A stretch of DNA of 64,000 nucleotides from Nitrosopumilus sp. (GCA_965207075.1 CBDBLO010000002.1:1344001-1408000); one strand, 5' to 3'; positions 51,674 to 62,043 are shown, counted from the stretch's first letter. Made by a program: numbers and translations. Notes: a model not told the origin generated them from the letters alone.

Positions 51674-52419
51674 GCGGCGGCGCCTCCCCGGACTGCCGCG
51701 GATCCCGCCGCAGTGCGCTTCTGCGGCGACGCGCGCATGCCGCATGAAGCGGCGCGGAGCAAGGCCCGTGCTGCGGCTCTGTGAATCATGACGTAGGTGT
51801 CAGGGGTAACTATGGCGGCGTCCATCTATTGCTCCAACACCGTCGTACCTGCTGCCGCCGCCCCAGATGTCGCCGCACCCGTACCTGACACGCCCTTATC
51901 ACCTTTCATAACTGTCACAACAATCTATCCCGTCCGGACATGCCGGTATCACGCGCGGCCGCGGCGCCTGCGCGCGCACGCGTCATTCTGTATGGTGTCC
52001 CGTGTCTCTGACATACGCTAGACGTCGGAAGGCTACAAGTTAGTCTGCTGCCAGTGCGTTGCGCTGCGTGCGGCATTCCCAAGATCACCTTGTAACGGGA
52101 TCGGATTCATATATTGATTGCGCTACGGCGGGGGTCGATGCCGGATTCAAATCCACAGGCACAGGCCTTCCTTTCAAGAATGAATTTGCAGGCGCTGCCC
52201 GGCAACCTTGGGTAAAGTTCGCAAGTAGGCGCAGGCAGCATTTCAAGGCTCCAAGGCCTTTACGCGCATGCAAGGCCCGCCGATCATGCTTCTTTTTCCC
52301 CATCCGGCAGCAGCAGCAGCCACAGCAGCAGCAGCCACAGCCGCAGCACAGACGGAAGCCCCGCCGCCGCAAATAGCTAATATCTCTCACGACAGGGTTA
52401 ACCACTCTGCAAAAGGGTT

Positions 52420-52426
52420 TAAAAGA
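52420..52426 (+). promoter_or_regulatory. Probable TATA box of the ribosomal protein operon
   Basis: TTTAAAA about 27 nt upstream of the rpl3 ATG, preceded by purine-rich CAAAAGGG (BRE-like); position approximate. Confidence 0.55.
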
Positions 52427-52449
52427 GGCGGAAATTTCACGCCCCAAGC

Positions 52450-53577
52450 ATGGGTGCAAGAAAGAGACACTCGCCGCGGCGCGGAAGCCTGGCATACTCG
52501 CCGCGCGCAAGGGCCAAGAGCATGGAGGCCCGCATAAGGGCGTGGCCCGAGGTTGACGAGGCACAGGAGCCCCGCATACTTGCGCACTGCGGCTTCAAGG
52601 CCGGCTGCGTGCAGATAGTGAGCATCGACGACAGGGAGAAGGTGCCCAACGCCGGCAAGCAGCTTGTGAGCCTGGGAACCGTCCTTGCGACCCCGCCGGT
52701 GCTGATACTGGGCATTCGCGGCTATGCAAGGGACGCCGCGCGCGGGTTGTACGCGGCATTCGACGTGTACGCGGAGGACATGCCGCGCGAGATGGCAAAG
52801 GTGATCAAGCTGAAGAACGGGGACGAGAACGCCCTCAAGAATGCAGAGGCGTCACTCGGCCGCATAAGCGAGCTGTACGCGATACTGGCAGTCTCGCCGA
52901 GGCAGGCGGGGCTGGAGCAGAAGAACCCGTACATATTTGAGGGCATGGTGGGCGGCGGCACCATCGCGCAGCAGTTTGAGTACTTGAGCGGGATGCTCGG
53001 CAAGCAGGTCAGCATATCGGACACGTTTGAGGCCGGCTCCAGCGTTGACGTGGCGGCCATCACAAAGGGCAAGGGATGGCAGGGCGTCCTGAAGCGGTGG
53101 AACGTAAAGAAGAAGCAGCACAAGTCAAGGAAGACCGTGCGCGAGGTCGGATCGCTTGGGCCCATATCGCCGCAGAGCGTCATGTATACTGTTCCGAGGG
53201 CCGGACAGTTCGGCTTCCACCAGAGGACCGAATACAACAAGAGGATAATGATAGTGGGCGACGCGACGGCAGAGGAGGAGCAGAGGCGGCAGGAGATGGA
53301 GGCGCAGTCCGCCGCCGCTGCCACGGGCTCGAAGAAGTCCGAGGGCGCAAAAAGGCGCAGAGGCGCCGGCTCCCAATCCGCGCAGCATCTGCAGCAGCAG
53401 AACAGGGGCATCAACCCGGCCGGGGGCTACAAACACTTTGGACTGGTAAAGGGCGAGTACGTAATCCTAAAGGGCTCGGTTCCCGGAACGTACAGGAGGC
53501 TTGTCAAGCTGCGAAGCCAGGTCAGAAACAAGCCCGCCAAGGTCTCAAAGCCGAACATACTGGAGGTCGTGGTATAG
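52450..53577 (+). CDS. rpl3: 50S ribosomal protein L3 (with low-complexity insertion)
   Basis: PRRGSLAYSPR, FKAG, TKGKGWQG, PRAGQ.GFHQRTEYNKRI, KGSVPG. Confidence 0.97.
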   Translation: MGARKRHSPRRGSLAYSPRARAKSMEARIRAWPEVDEAQEPRILAHCGFKAGCVQIVSIDDREKVPNAGKQLVSLGTVLATPPVLILGIRGYARDAARGLYAAFDVYAEDMPREMAKVIKLKNGDENALKNAEASLGRISELYAILAVSPRQAGLEQKNPYIFEGMVGGGTIAQQFEYLSGMLGKQVSISDTFEAGSSVDVAAITKGKGWQGVLKRWNVKKKQHKSRKTVREVGSLGPISPQSVMYTVPRAGQFGFHQRTEYNKRIMIVGDATAEEEQRRQEMEAQSAAAATGSKKSEGAKRRRGAGSQSAQHLQQQNRGINPAGGYKHFGLVKGEYVILKGSVPGTYRRLVKLRSQVRNKPAKVSKPNILEVVV

Positions 53578-54587
53578 TGGCCCAGAACAGTACAGACGCG
53601 GCAGCTGCAGTAGTAGTCTCCGTGATCCCGGCCAGCGGCGAGGTGCCTGCCGCAGGCAGCGATAATGGTTCATCCGGCCACGCGCTGCCGCTGCCGCCGA
53701 TATTTCAGACGCCGTTCAGGCCCGACCTGATACACAAGGCGTTCGTGCACCTGTCCTCGCACTCCTTCCAGCCGCAGGGAAGGCACCCCACGGCGGGCAT
53801 GGACGTGGTGGCCGACACCAACGATCCGCCGACCGGGAGGGGCATTGCGCGCATTGCAAGGGCCCGCGGGGGCGGCGGGAGGCGCCGCGGCGAGGGCGCG
53901 GAGGTCGCGTCGACCAGGGGAGGAAGGCAGGCCCACCCGCCGGCTGCAGAAAAGGCCATCTACAAGAAACTCAACAAGAAGGAGGGCAGGCTGGCGTTCT
54001 GCTCCGCGGTCGCGGCTACGGCGTCCAGGAGGATTGTCGAGTCGAGGGGGCACAGGGTCGCCGGGTACGCGGACGGGATGAAGGGGGGATTTCCAATCGT
54101 AATAGAGGACGACATAGGGCAGCATGCAACGGCCCGCGAGGCGCTGGCGCTCGTCGAAAAGCTCGGGCTCGCCGACGACGTGGAGCGGCTCAGGGGCCGC
54201 AAGGCCCGCTCCGGGCGCCCCTCGCTCAGGGGCCGCTCGAAGAAGGTAGGCAAGAGCGTGCTGTTTGTGGTGGCCGGCGACGGCAACGTCCCGCTGAAGA
54301 GCGCCGTGGGGGCCCTTCCGGGGGTCGAGGCGCGCGGGGTCTCCGAGCTGAGCGTGCTTGACTTGGCGCCTGGCTCGGATCCGATAAGGCTCACGGTGTT
54401 TACGAGGTCCGCAGTAGAGCAGCTCGGGGGCATAAGATCCGCACATCTGGACGTGATGGGCATGATGCCGGGTGGCGGTAACACAAAGGGCAGGCGGTCG
54501 GATCAGCACCTGCAGGACGACATGCATACAGACGCCGGCGATGAGCCCGCAGGGGACGACGAACCGAGGGAGGCGGAACTGAAATGA
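53577..54587 (+). CDS. rpl4: 50S ribosomal protein L4
   Basis: LPPIF...RPDLI, TGRGIARIAR, TRGGRQAHPP, LDLAPG; GTG start overlaps the rpl3 stop. Confidence 0.95.
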   Translation: MAQNSTDAAAAVVVSVIPASGEVPAAGSDNGSSGHALPLPPIFQTPFRPDLIHKAFVHLSSHSFQPQGRHPTAGMDVVADTNDPPTGRGIARIARARGGGGRRRGEGAEVASTRGGRQAHPPAAEKAIYKKLNKKEGRLAFCSAVAATASRRIVESRGHRVAGYADGMKGGFPIVIEDDIGQHATAREALALVEKLGLADDVERLRGRKARSGRPSLRGRSKKVGKSVLFVVAGDGNVPLKSAVGALPGVEARGVSELSVLDLAPGSDPIRLTVFTRSAVEQLGGIRSAHLDVMGMMPGGGNTKGRRSDQHLQDDMHTDAGDEPAGDDEPREAELK

Positions 54588-54880
54588 GCAGCGGCAACGG
54601 CAAGGCAAGGGAGATGGACGCCGACACCGCCGCGCGCATCATGATCAGGCCCTACGTGACGGAACGCACCTTTGAGATGGTAGAGTCGGAGGCGAAGATC
54701 TGCTTTATCGTTAGCCGCACGGCGACAAAGCACGAGATTGCAGACGCCATAAAGGTGCTGTACGGAAAGACGGCGCGCGGCGTCAACACGGCCCGGACCA
54801 TATACGGCAAGAAGGCGTTCGTGCAGTTTGAGAGCGCGGAGATGGCAAGGGATCTTGCGACGGACATTGGAATGCTGTGA
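54584..54880 (+). CDS. rpl23: 50S ribosomal protein L23
   Basis: RPYVTE, ATKHEI, VNT, GKKAFV, LATDIGML. Confidence 0.95.
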   Translation: MSSGNGKAREMDADTAARIMIRPYVTERTFEMVESEAKICFIVSRTATKHEIADAIKVLYGKTARGVNTARTIYGKKAFVQFESAEMARDLATDIGML

Positions 54881-55167
54881 GTGAGAGTGGCAGGGGTGAT
54901 GACGATGAGGAGGATGATAATGGGCGCGGCGGTGACGGCAATCACGCCCACGGCAGCGCCCACGGCAGCATCTGCGGCGCCACGCACGCCCGCCAAGGCG
55001 CCGTCGGCCCGCACCGCATGCCAGATGCGGGCAGATAATAATTTCATCACATATAATAACCGCCTGCCACGCACGGCCCGCATAATGACTGCAGGCGCAT
55101 CACGCATGACGGACGCCGCGGCAGCCGACGCGGCCGCCATCCGATACCGGCAAACCAGAGGGGTGCC

Positions 55168-55569
55168 ATGCAGATGGTAAAAGAGTTCAACTATCGCGGA
55201 ATACCGCTTGCCGAACTGGAGTCGCTGTCGCTTGAGAGGGTATTCTCGCTGCTGAACTCCAGGCAGCGGCGCTCGCTTACCAGGGGCATAACCGACTCAA
55301 AACGCAAGCTCATAGAGGAGATAAAGGCGGCCAAGGCGGGAACCCTCACGAATCCCATAAAGACGCACCTGCGCGATCTCATCATCCTGCCCAGCATGAT
55401 GGGCGTGACGGTAAACGTGTTTTCTGGCAAGGAGTTTGCGCCCGTCCTGCTGAGGCCGGAGATGATCGGCCACTACCTGGGCGAGTACGTGATTACTAAC
55501 AAAAAGGTCTCCCACGGCGCGCCGGGCGTCGGGGCCTCGAGGTCAAGCCTCTATGTCCCGCTGAAGTGA
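55168..55569 (+). CDS. rps19: 30S ribosomal protein S19
   Basis: RQRRSLTRG, IKTHLRD, EMIGHYLGE, HGAPGVGASRSS; alternative start 55174. Confidence 0.97.
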   Translation: MQMVKEFNYRGIPLAELESLSLERVFSLLNSRQRRSLTRGITDSKRKLIEEIKAAKAGTLTNPIKTHLRDLIILPSMMGVTVNVFSGKEFAPVLLRPEMIGHYLGEYVITNKKVSHGAPGVGASRSSLYVPLK

Positions 55570-55574
55570 TTGTT

Positions 55575-56033
55575 ATGACACGGTACGGATATGCGTTTCA
55601 GGGATTCGACTCCACGCAGCACGTCCGCGCCTCGGTACGTGATAAGGACATGTCGCACAAGCACGCCCGCGAGGTCGCAAAGGCCATATCGGGGCTCAGC
55701 CTGGAGAAGGCGCGCGACTATCTTACCGCCGTGACAAACAAGGAGAGGGCCGTGCCGTTTGGAAGGTACAAGGGCCAGGTCGGCCACCGCTCGGATCCCG
55801 GCATGATGGCGGGCCGCTACCCCCAGAAGACCGCGCACGAGTTCATAAGGGCGCTTGACAACCTGGAGGCGAACGCCGGATACCAGGGCTTCGACGTGGA
55901 CAGGCTGAAGATAGTCAACGCGACCGTCCACAAGGGCGTCGTGATAAAGCGCATCATACCCAGGGCGCAGGGAAGGGCGACCCCGAAGAACAACGTAATG
56001 ACGCACCTGGAGTTGGTGGCAAGGGAGGTATGA
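55575..56033 (+). CDS. rpl22: 50S ribosomal protein L22
   Basis: [26 protein letters not shown]. Confidence 0.97.
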   Translation: MTRYGYAFQGFDSTQHVRASVRDKDMSHKHAREVAKAISGLSLEKARDYLTAVTNKERAVPFGRYKGQVGHRSDPGMMAGRYPQKTAHEFIRALDNLEANAGYQGFDVDRLKIVNATVHKGVVIKRIIPRAQGRATPKNNVMTHLELVAREV

Positions 56034-56034
56034 G

Positions 56035-56847
56035 ATGTCCGCCGTAAAGAACGTCATAAAGGACAACTACAACATGATGCTCCTGCACGACTACCTCAAG
56101 CAGGCAATAAAGGAGGCCGGCTTCTCGCACGCAGAGATATCAAAGACGCCCACGGGCACGCGCATCGCGCTGCACGTGACGCGCCCGGGCATCGTGATCG
56201 GACGCAAGGGGACGGGCATACGCGAGCTGACGGAGCGCCTCGAGCACAACTTTGGCCTGAAGAACCCACAGGTCTCAGTCACCGAGATCGAGGTGCCCGA
56301 GCTCTCGCCAAGCGTGATGTGCAACAGGATGGCCGCGCACTTGGAGCGCGGGACCGCGTTCAGGAGGGCCACCATGTGGACGCTCAACCAGGTCATGGAG
56401 AACGGGGCCATGGGGGTCCAGATTACGGTCTCCGGCAAGCTGCGGGGCGACCGCTCGGCCTTTGAAAAGCATACCGCCGGCGTCTTGCCGCGCGCAGGGC
56501 ACCATGCGGAGGTCATAGTCGACGAGGACGTAGCCCACGTCAACACACCGATGGGGCTCATCGGCGTCCGGATAAGGATAGCGCACAAGGAGCGGAGGCC
56601 TCCGGAGTTCGAGATGAGATCGGCAGAAGACCTTGCCAAGGCCAAAAAGATTGCAAGGGAGGAGGCCGGAGGCGACGATGGTGACGGCGGTAATGATGGT
56701 GACGGCGATGCCGTGGACGGGGGTACGAAGGATGCCGACGCGCCAGGTGACGGCAGCCCGGCCACAGAGTCCGAGCACATCAAGATAGAGGGGGAGCGCA
56801 TAAAGGAACTCGACACCATGGAAGAAGAGGAGGCCGCAATGAGATGA
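56035..56847 (+). CDS. rps3: 30S ribosomal protein S3
   Basis: KH motif [21 protein letters not shown]; acidic tail. Confidence 0.97.
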   Translation: MSAVKNVIKDNYNMMLLHDYLKQAIKEAGFSHAEISKTPTGTRIALHVTRPGIVIGRKGTGIRELTERLEHNFGLKNPQVSVTEIEVPELSPSVMCNRMAAHLERGTAFRRATMWTLNQVMENGAMGVQITVSGKLRGDRSAFEKHTAGVLPRAGHHAEVIVDEDVAHVNTPMGLIGVRIRIAHKERRPPEFEMRSAEDLAKAKKIAREEAGGDDGDGGNDGDGDAVDGGTKDADAPGDGSPATESEHIKIEGERIKELDTMEEEEAAMR

Positions 56848-57086
56848 GAAGGAGAAGCATGGCAGTGATACGGGAATACGACAGGAAGGAGCTGGAGGGA
56901 AAGATACGCGAATCCAGAGGAGAGCTTGCAAAGCTGAGGGTCGTTGCAACAAAGGGCACGCTGAAAAAGGACAGCGGCAGGCTGAGGCCCATACGCCGCG
57001 ACATCGCCCGCATGGAGACCCGCCTCAGCGAGATCAAGATGGAAGAGTACGCGCAGTCGCTTGAGGCCGGCGGAGGCGGTGACTAG
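56844..57086 (+). CDS. rpl29: 50S ribosomal protein L29
   Basis: ELAKLR...[10 protein letters not shown]; operon position. Confidence 0.92.
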   Translation: MRRRSMAVIREYDRKELEGKIRESRGELAKLRVVATKGTLKKDSGRLRPIRRDIARMETRLSEIKMEEYAQSLEAGGGGD

Positions 57087-57481
57087 TGACCGTAACGCCC
57101 ACGCCGGTTCTGGCCGCCAAGGATGCGGCGCCACGCGCAACCATGTCTGCCGAAGACGTGCCGTCCCACGAGATTGTCGGGCTGGACGTCAGGGTACTCG
57201 GGGCGCCGAACCGGTCGCTGGTCGGCCTGAGCGGCAGAATCCAGTACGAGACAAAGTCGATGATTGCAATTATGGAGGAGGAGGAGGACCCGCGCGCGCA
57301 TGCCGGGGATCGCGCCGGCCGCCAACCGCCGCGCCACAACAAGGGGCCGCTCTGCCGCGACGCGTCAAAAAGCATCCCAAAGGGGGGGGCCGTCCTAGAG
57401 TTCTCACAGAATGGCGAGCTCATAGGCACGGCGAGCGGAGACGCCATGATAAAAAGGCCGTTTGAGAGGACGGCGGCATAG
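57086..57481 (+). CDS. rnp1: Ribonuclease P protein subunit 1 (Rpp29/Pop4)
   Basis: HEIVGLDVRV...N.SLVGLSGRI..ETK, IPK, KRPFER; position between rpl29 and rps17; start may be 57143. Confidence 0.88.
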   Translation: MTVTPTPVLAAKDAAPRATMSAEDVPSHEIVGLDVRVLGAPNRSLVGLSGRIQYETKSMIAIMEEEEDPRAHAGDRAGRQPPRHNKGPLCRDASKSIPKGGAVLEFSQNGELIGTASGDAMIKRPFERTAA

Positions 57482-57499
57482 GAGGAGGATGGTGTCAGG

Positions 57500-57865
57500 A
57501 TGTCAGAAAAGGACCAGAGCAGCAGTGCGGGGCGCGACAGCGCCAGGAACATCGGGGTAGGCGCAGGACGCGCGCCGGGGCAGCCGTGCGACGACAGGAA
57601 CTGTCCGTACCACGGGGGGTTGTCAGTCAGAGGAAAGCTCTTTGACGGGCGCGTGACGGGCGCAAGGGCGAGGCAGACGGCCACGCTCCAAAAGGACGTC
57701 CCGGTATACTTTGCAAAGTTCAAGAGATACGCGAGGGGCAAGAGCACCATACACGCGCACGTCCCGGGATGCATCAAGGTGCAGAACGGCGACAGCGTCC
57801 TTGCAGCAGAGTGCAGGCCGATCTCAAAGTCGGTCTCGTACGTGGTGGTGGAGGTGCGCAAGTAA
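57500..57865 (+). CDS. rps17: 30S ribosomal protein S17
   Basis: CDDRNCPYHG.LSVRG, KFKRY, HAH.P.C, ECRPISK. Confidence 0.97.
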   Translation: MSEKDQSSSAGRDSARNIGVGAGRAPGQPCDDRNCPYHGGLSVRGKLFDGRVTGARARQTATLQKDVPVYFAKFKRYARGKSTIHAHVPGCIKVQNGDSVLAAECRPISKSVSYVVVEVRK

Positions 57866-58287
57866 TGGCAAAGCAGGCCGGCAAGGGGGTGGAGGAGTTC
57901 CGCCCATACGTGACAAGGTCAATACCGGTGGGCGCCAACATAGTATGCGCCGACAACTCGGGCGCAAAGATACTGGAGGTGATAAACGTGCCGCGGCACA
58001 AGACGCGCGCATCCCGGCTTCCCGCCGCCGCGGTAGGGGACTTTTGCAACGTGGTGGTCAAGAAAGGACCCGCCGAGCTACGCAAGCAGGTGTACGGGGC
58101 CGTGATAGTGCGTCAAAAATACGCGGTCCGCAGGCTCAACGGCGTCAGGGTCTGCTTTGAGGACAACGCCGCGGTGCTGATCACGCCGGAAGGCGAGACG
58201 AAGGGCACCGACATAAAGGGCCCCGTCGCGGCCGAAGCCTCTGAAAAGTGGCCCAGGGTGGCCAACCTAGCGTCGATGGTGGTGTAA
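57865..58287 (+). CDS. rpl14: 50S ribosomal protein L14
   Basis: CADNSGAK, AVIVRQ, FEDNAAV, IKGPVA. Confidence 0.97.
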   Translation: MAKQAGKGVEEFRPYVTRSIPVGANIVCADNSGAKILEVINVPRHKTRASRLPAAAVGDFCNVVVKKGPAELRKQVYGAVIVRQKYAVRRLNGVRVCFEDNAAVLITPEGETKGTDIKGPVAAEASEKWPRVANLASMVV

Positions 58288-59031
58288 ATGGTAAAGCCAA
58301 CGAAGATGAGAAACAGGCAGATATACAGGGCGTCCCAGGCCCTGCGAAGCAAGCAGGTGTCTGCAAACCTCTCAAAGGGACTCCGCTCAAAGTACAGCAG
58401 GCGCAGCATCAGGGTCGTGGAGGGCGACACGGTAATGATAAAGCGCGGCGAGTACGCAGACGTGCCCGGCAAGGTGGAAAAGATCGACGTCGAGTCGGGG
58501 CGCATCTCAGTTGCGGGAGTCAAAAAGGAAAAGGCAAAGGGGGACAAGTTTGACGTTATGATACACGCGTCCAACGTCCTTGTGACCGGGTTGAACCTGA
58601 GTGACCAGAGGCGCCGTGACAAGATCGGGGCAACCGGCGAGTATGAGACGGACGAGACCGTGGACGGCCCCGAGGCCAGCGCTGCTGCCACTGCCGCCAC
58701 AGATGACGCTGCGGCCACGGACGGCGAGCGCCTCCAAGCAGGAACGCCAGAGGGCGTCGAGACGGGCGCAGAGCCCCCGGACGGCGCGGAGGCCACCCCG
58801 GATGAGACTGGCGGGGACAGGGAGGCAGTTGACAGCCAAGACGGCGACCGGGATGTGGACAGTGATGCCGATGCGGGCGGTGACACTGGCAGCGGCAAGG
58901 ATGGCGATGTGGAGGATAACGAAGACAACGATGCCGTCGATGACATGGGCGGCGACCACGGCAGGAGCCAAGGCAACGGCGACGGGCAAGCAGATAAAAC
59001 CAAGCAGAATCGCCCGGGAGATGAGGCATAA
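58288..59031 (+). CDS. rpl24: 50S ribosomal protein L24 with long acidic tail
   Basis: LSK.LR.KY.RRSIRV.EGDTV...RG, IHASNV. Confidence 0.95.
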   Translation: MVKPTKMRNRQIYRASQALRSKQVSANLSKGLRSKYSRRSIRVVEGDTVMIKRGEYADVPGKVEKIDVESGRISVAGVKKEKAKGDKFDVMIHASNVLVTGLNLSDQRRRDKIGATGEYETDETVDGPEASAAATAATDDAAATDGERLQAGTPEGVETGAEPPDGAEATPDETGGDREAVDSQDGDRDVDSDADAGGDTGSGKDGDVEDNEDNDAVDDMGGDHGRSQGNGDGQADKTKQNRPGDEA

Positions 59032-59750
59032 TGGTGAGCATATCCGGAAGCAAAAAGCTAAAGCGGCAGATGGCCCCGCTGTTTTGGGGAATCACTCGCA
59101 AGGACAAGAGGTTTGTAGTCACCACGAGGCCCGGACCCCACGGCAGGCACGTGGCGGTTCCCACGGCGGTCTTTCTGCGCGACATGCTCAAAATAGTCAC
59201 CAGCCTGCGCGAGGCAAAGTCCACCATATACGCCGGCAAGGTAAGGGTCGACGGCGTGGTCAGAAAGTCGCTGCACCACCCCATCGGGCTGATGGACGTG
59301 GTGGAGCTTGACGGCATGCCAGACGCGTACAGGATGGTGCCAACCGACGGACGGCTGCTTGCGCCAATCGTGATTACAGACGGGGGGGAAACCTCCAAGA
59401 AGCTTGCAAGGGTGAAGAGCAAGACTACGATCTCCGGCGGCCGCACCCAGGTAGGGTTCCACGACGGCCGCTCCCTCATTACAGATACCGAGCTCAGCGT
59501 GGGCGACGCGTGCCTGCTGCAGGTACCGGAGCAGAAGATACTCGAGGTTCTGAGGCTTGAGGAGGGCTGCCAGGCTCTGGTGACCAGGGGGATAAACGCG
59601 GGCCGCACGGGCACAATCGAGGCGATAGAGCCCGGCACGTTCATACTGCCAAAGAGGGTGCTGCTTGCCCTAGAGGAGCGCAAGATCGAGATCCCCGCGG
59701 ACATAATAATGCCCATAGGACGGGACAAGCCCGTTATTGCGATAAGGTGA
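59031..59750 (+). CDS. rps4e: 30S ribosomal protein S4e
   Basis: KKLKRQMAP, PGPH, VRVDGVVR, PIGLMDV, HDGR. Confidence 0.97.
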   Translation: MVSISGSKKLKRQMAPLFWGITRKDKRFVVTTRPGPHGRHVAVPTAVFLRDMLKIVTSLREAKSTIYAGKVRVDGVVRKSLHHPIGLMDVVELDGMPDAYRMVPTDGRLLAPIVITDGGETSKKLARVKSKTTISGGRTQVGFHDGRSLITDTELSVGDACLLQVPEQKILEVLRLEEGCQALVTRGINAGRTGTIEAIEPGTFILPKRVLLALEERKIEIPADIIMPIGRDKPVIAIR

Positions 59751-59754
59751 TGAC

Positions 59755-60363
59755 ATGATGTCGGTCCAACAGGCAGAGACGATAGAGGGGGAACAAGACC
59801 GCGAACTGCCTGCCGGTGATGGTAGTGGTGCTACTGCTACCACCCCCGCGCCAATGAACCCGATGAGGCGCGTATACCTTGAAAAGGTCGTACTCAACAT
59901 GGGCATGGGCCGCTCCGGGGACGCCATCAACATTGCAAAAAAGGCGCTCGAGCAGATCACCGGGGGGCGCAAGCCCTGCCAGCGCGACGCGAGGGGCAGC
60001 CAGCGCGATTGGGGCATCCGCAAGGGTGAGCCCATAGGCGTCTCCATCACGGTCCGCGGCGAGGAGGCAAGGGCGCTGCTCAAGAGGCTGCTGGAGGCAA
60101 AGGGCAACACGGTGAACGGGCGCTCCTTTGACAACTTTGGAAACTACTCTTTTGGGATAGGGGAGCACATCGACATTCCGGGCGTAAAGTACGAGCCGCA
60201 GATAGGCATACTCGGGCTCGGCGTCTCAGTCGCCCTCGCCCGCCCCGGATACTCCATACGCAAGCGCAGCAAGCACAAGGCGAGCGTCGGGCGCGCCCAT
60301 GCAATCACGAGCGCAGAGGCGCAGGAGTTTGTGGCATCCGAGTTCGGAGTGCAGGTGGTGTAG
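59755..60363 (+). CDS. rpl5: 50S ribosomal protein L5
   Basis: NPMR...EKVVLNMG, WGIRKGEPIG, FDNFGNYSFGI.EHID. Confidence 0.97.
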   Translation: MMSVQQAETIEGEQDRELPAGDGSGATATTPAPMNPMRRVYLEKVVLNMGMGRSGDAINIAKKALEQITGGRKPCQRDARGSQRDWGIRKGEPIGVSITVRGEEARALLKRLLEAKGNTVNGRSFDNFGNYSFGIGEHIDIPGVKYEPQIGILGLGVSVALARPGYSIRKRSKHKASVGRAHAITSAEAQEFVASEFGVQVV

Positions 60364-60368
60364 CAGCA

Positions 60369-60548
60369 ATGGCAAAGGACCGTTCATACGAGTTTACCGG
60401 GAGAAAAAAGCACGACTTTGGGCGCGGCTCAAGGTGGTGCAAGCGGTGCGGCGACTATACGGCAGTGATTCAAAAGTACAACCTCATGATATGCCGGCGG
60501 TGCTTTAGGGAGGTTGCACCCTCCCTGGGATTCAGGAAGAACAGGTGA
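60369..60548 (+). CDS. rps14: 30S ribosomal protein S14 (Zn-binding type)
   Basis: Manual translation (59 aa, below the track cut-off) MAKDRSYEFTGRKKHDFGRGSRWCKRCGDYTAVIQKYNLMICRRCFREVAPSLGFRKNR. Confidence 0.96.
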   Translation: MAKDRSYEFTGRKKHDFGRGSRWCKRCGDYTAVIQKYNLMICRRCFREVAPSLGFRKNR

Positions 60549-60553
60549 GACGG

Positions 60554-60946
60554 ATGCCGGCAACCAACATACTCGCAAACCTGTTTGTCACTCTGTACAA
60601 CAACGAGGCGCGCCGCAAGCGCGAGTGCACCATACTGCCCACCTCGAACCTGGCCGTCGAGGTGCTAAAGACGCTGGAGCGCGAAGAGTACATAGGCGGC
60701 TTCGAGCACGTGGACGACAGGCGGGGCGGCAAGTTCAAGATCACGCTGCTTGCAAAGATAAACAAGTGCGGCGCAATCTCGCCTAGGTTCAAGGTGCGCA
60801 ACGACGAGTTCGGAAGGTGGGAGCAGCAGTACCTGCCGGCGTACGACAGGGGCATGCTGCTTGTCACTACAAACCAGGGCGTCATGTCGCACCGCGAGGC
60901 GCTGCAGAAGGGAATAGGGGGGTTTCTGATCGGATATGTATACTAG
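60554..60946 (+). CDS. rps8: 30S ribosomal protein S8
   Basis: DDRRGG, INKCGAISPRF, LLVTTNQGVMSH, GGFLIGYVY. Confidence 0.97.
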   Translation: MPATNILANLFVTLYNNEARRKRECTILPTSNLAVEVLKTLEREEYIGGFEHVDDRRGGKFKITLLAKINKCGAISPRFKVRNDEFGRWEQQYLPAYDRGMLLVTTNQGVMSHREALQKGIGGFLIGYVY

Positions 60947-61496
60947 GCCCGAAAAGATGCAGGACGTGGTGGAGGTCCCCGACGGCGTCACGGTCACAAA
61001 GAAAAAGCACATGCTCGGATTCGAGGGCCCGCTGGGCAAGACGTTCCAGAGCTTTAGGAGCATACCCGTCGGGATAGAGGTGGCCGACGGCCGCATAACC
61101 CTGAAGGCGGCGGGCCCGCGCAAGCGGGACTACGCGATACTGCACACGGCGCGCTCCATCATAAGGAACATCTGCGAGGGGCTTGTCAGCGGGTACACCA
61201 TAAAGATGAAGGTGGTGTTCGCCCACTTTCCGATTACTGTAAAGGCCGAGGGCGGCGAGGTCATAATAGAGAACTTCCAGGGCGAGCGCGCCGCGCGCCG
61301 CACCAGGATAGTGGGCCCCACCACGAAGGTGGTGTCAAAGGGCGACGACGTCGTAATAACCGGCGCCGTGTGGACCGACGTGACGCAGACTGCCGCGAAC
61401 ATAGAGCTCGCCACCAGGGTAAAGGGCAAGGACCACCGCGTCTTCCTTGACGGGATATACGCGTATGAAAAGTCAAAGGGCATTACCGAAAAGTAG
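60936..61496 (+). CDS. rpl6: 50S ribosomal protein L6
   Basis: VEVPDGV, GPLG, FAHFP, ENFQGE, QTAANIE, DHRVFLDGIY. Confidence 0.97.
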   Translation: MYTRPEKMQDVVEVPDGVTVTKKKHMLGFEGPLGKTFQSFRSIPVGIEVADGRITLKAAGPRKRDYAILHTARSIIRNICEGLVSGYTIKMKVVFAHFPITVKAEGGEVIIENFQGERAARRTRIVGPTTKVVSKGDDVVITGAVWTDVTQTAANIELATRVKGKDHRVFLDGIYAYEKSKGITEK

Positions 61497-61520
61497 CCGG
61501 ATGGGCATGGCGGTGCGCGT

Positions 61521-61826
61521 ATGGCCGAAAAGGACGGCGGCGGACTAGCCCCCGAGTTTGCAGACTGGCTTGACGGCTACGTTGGACAGATGTTGGACAT
61601 CCACAGAATGGCGCGGCCCGCACCCAGGACCGCCGACGTGTGGGGGTGCCAAAACGTGGGGGACTTTATGTGCGGCTTTTTTGTAGGGGAGATGATCGGC
61701 GCGGCCACATCCGCGCTGCAGTCGCGGTACGGACGGGAACCCACCGCGCAGGAGCATGCCGAGATTGCCGGTATCGTGGAGAAGCGCTCCGATTCCATAC
61801 GCGACGCGTTTTTGAGGTTCAATTGA
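61521..61826 (+). CDS. Hypothetical protein
   Basis: 101-aa ORF after rpl6 (DFMCGFFVGEMIG). Confidence 0.7.
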   Translation: MAEKDGGGLAPEFADWLDGYVGQMLDIHRMARPAPRTADVWGCQNVGDFMCGFFVGEMIGAATSALQSRYGREPTAQEHAEIAGIVEKRSDSIRDAFLRFN

Positions 61827-61972
61827 CCCCGCGAAGTGTCGACAGGGCAGCGGCACCGAAGCCGGGCTCTTGCGAATCCGGGATCTGCCAAACGACAGAA
61901 CCACATCATTGCGCATGCGTTATGACAATATGTCTTGGCACATAACTATGACGCTTGATATGTGTGCCAATA

Positions 61973-62043
61973 TTAATAATAATTGGGTTTGTCACAGGGG
62001 CCAGTTTTAATAATAATTGGGTTTGTCACAGGGCCGGTTTTAA
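61973..62043 (+). repeat. Two-copy ~33-bp tandem direct repeat in an AT-rich promoter region
   Basis: TTAATAATAATTGGGTTTGTCACAGGG(G)CC(A/G)GTT occurs twice head-to-tail. Confidence 0.9.

Noticed and set aside
51746-52410. Long spacer upstream of rpl3 with CAG repeats and GGATTCAAATCC
   Set aside because: No cloverleaf or known RNA structure recognised; the CAG run fits the general microsatellite bias
54881-55167. Absence of rpl2, and of rpl32e onward after rpl6, as gene loss
   Set aside because: As I recall, these genes lie elsewhere in Nitrosopumilaceae genomes; one window cannot show loss
61973-62043. ~33-bp direct repeat as a CRISPR array
   Set aside because: Only two head-to-tail copies, no unique spacers and no cas genes in the window
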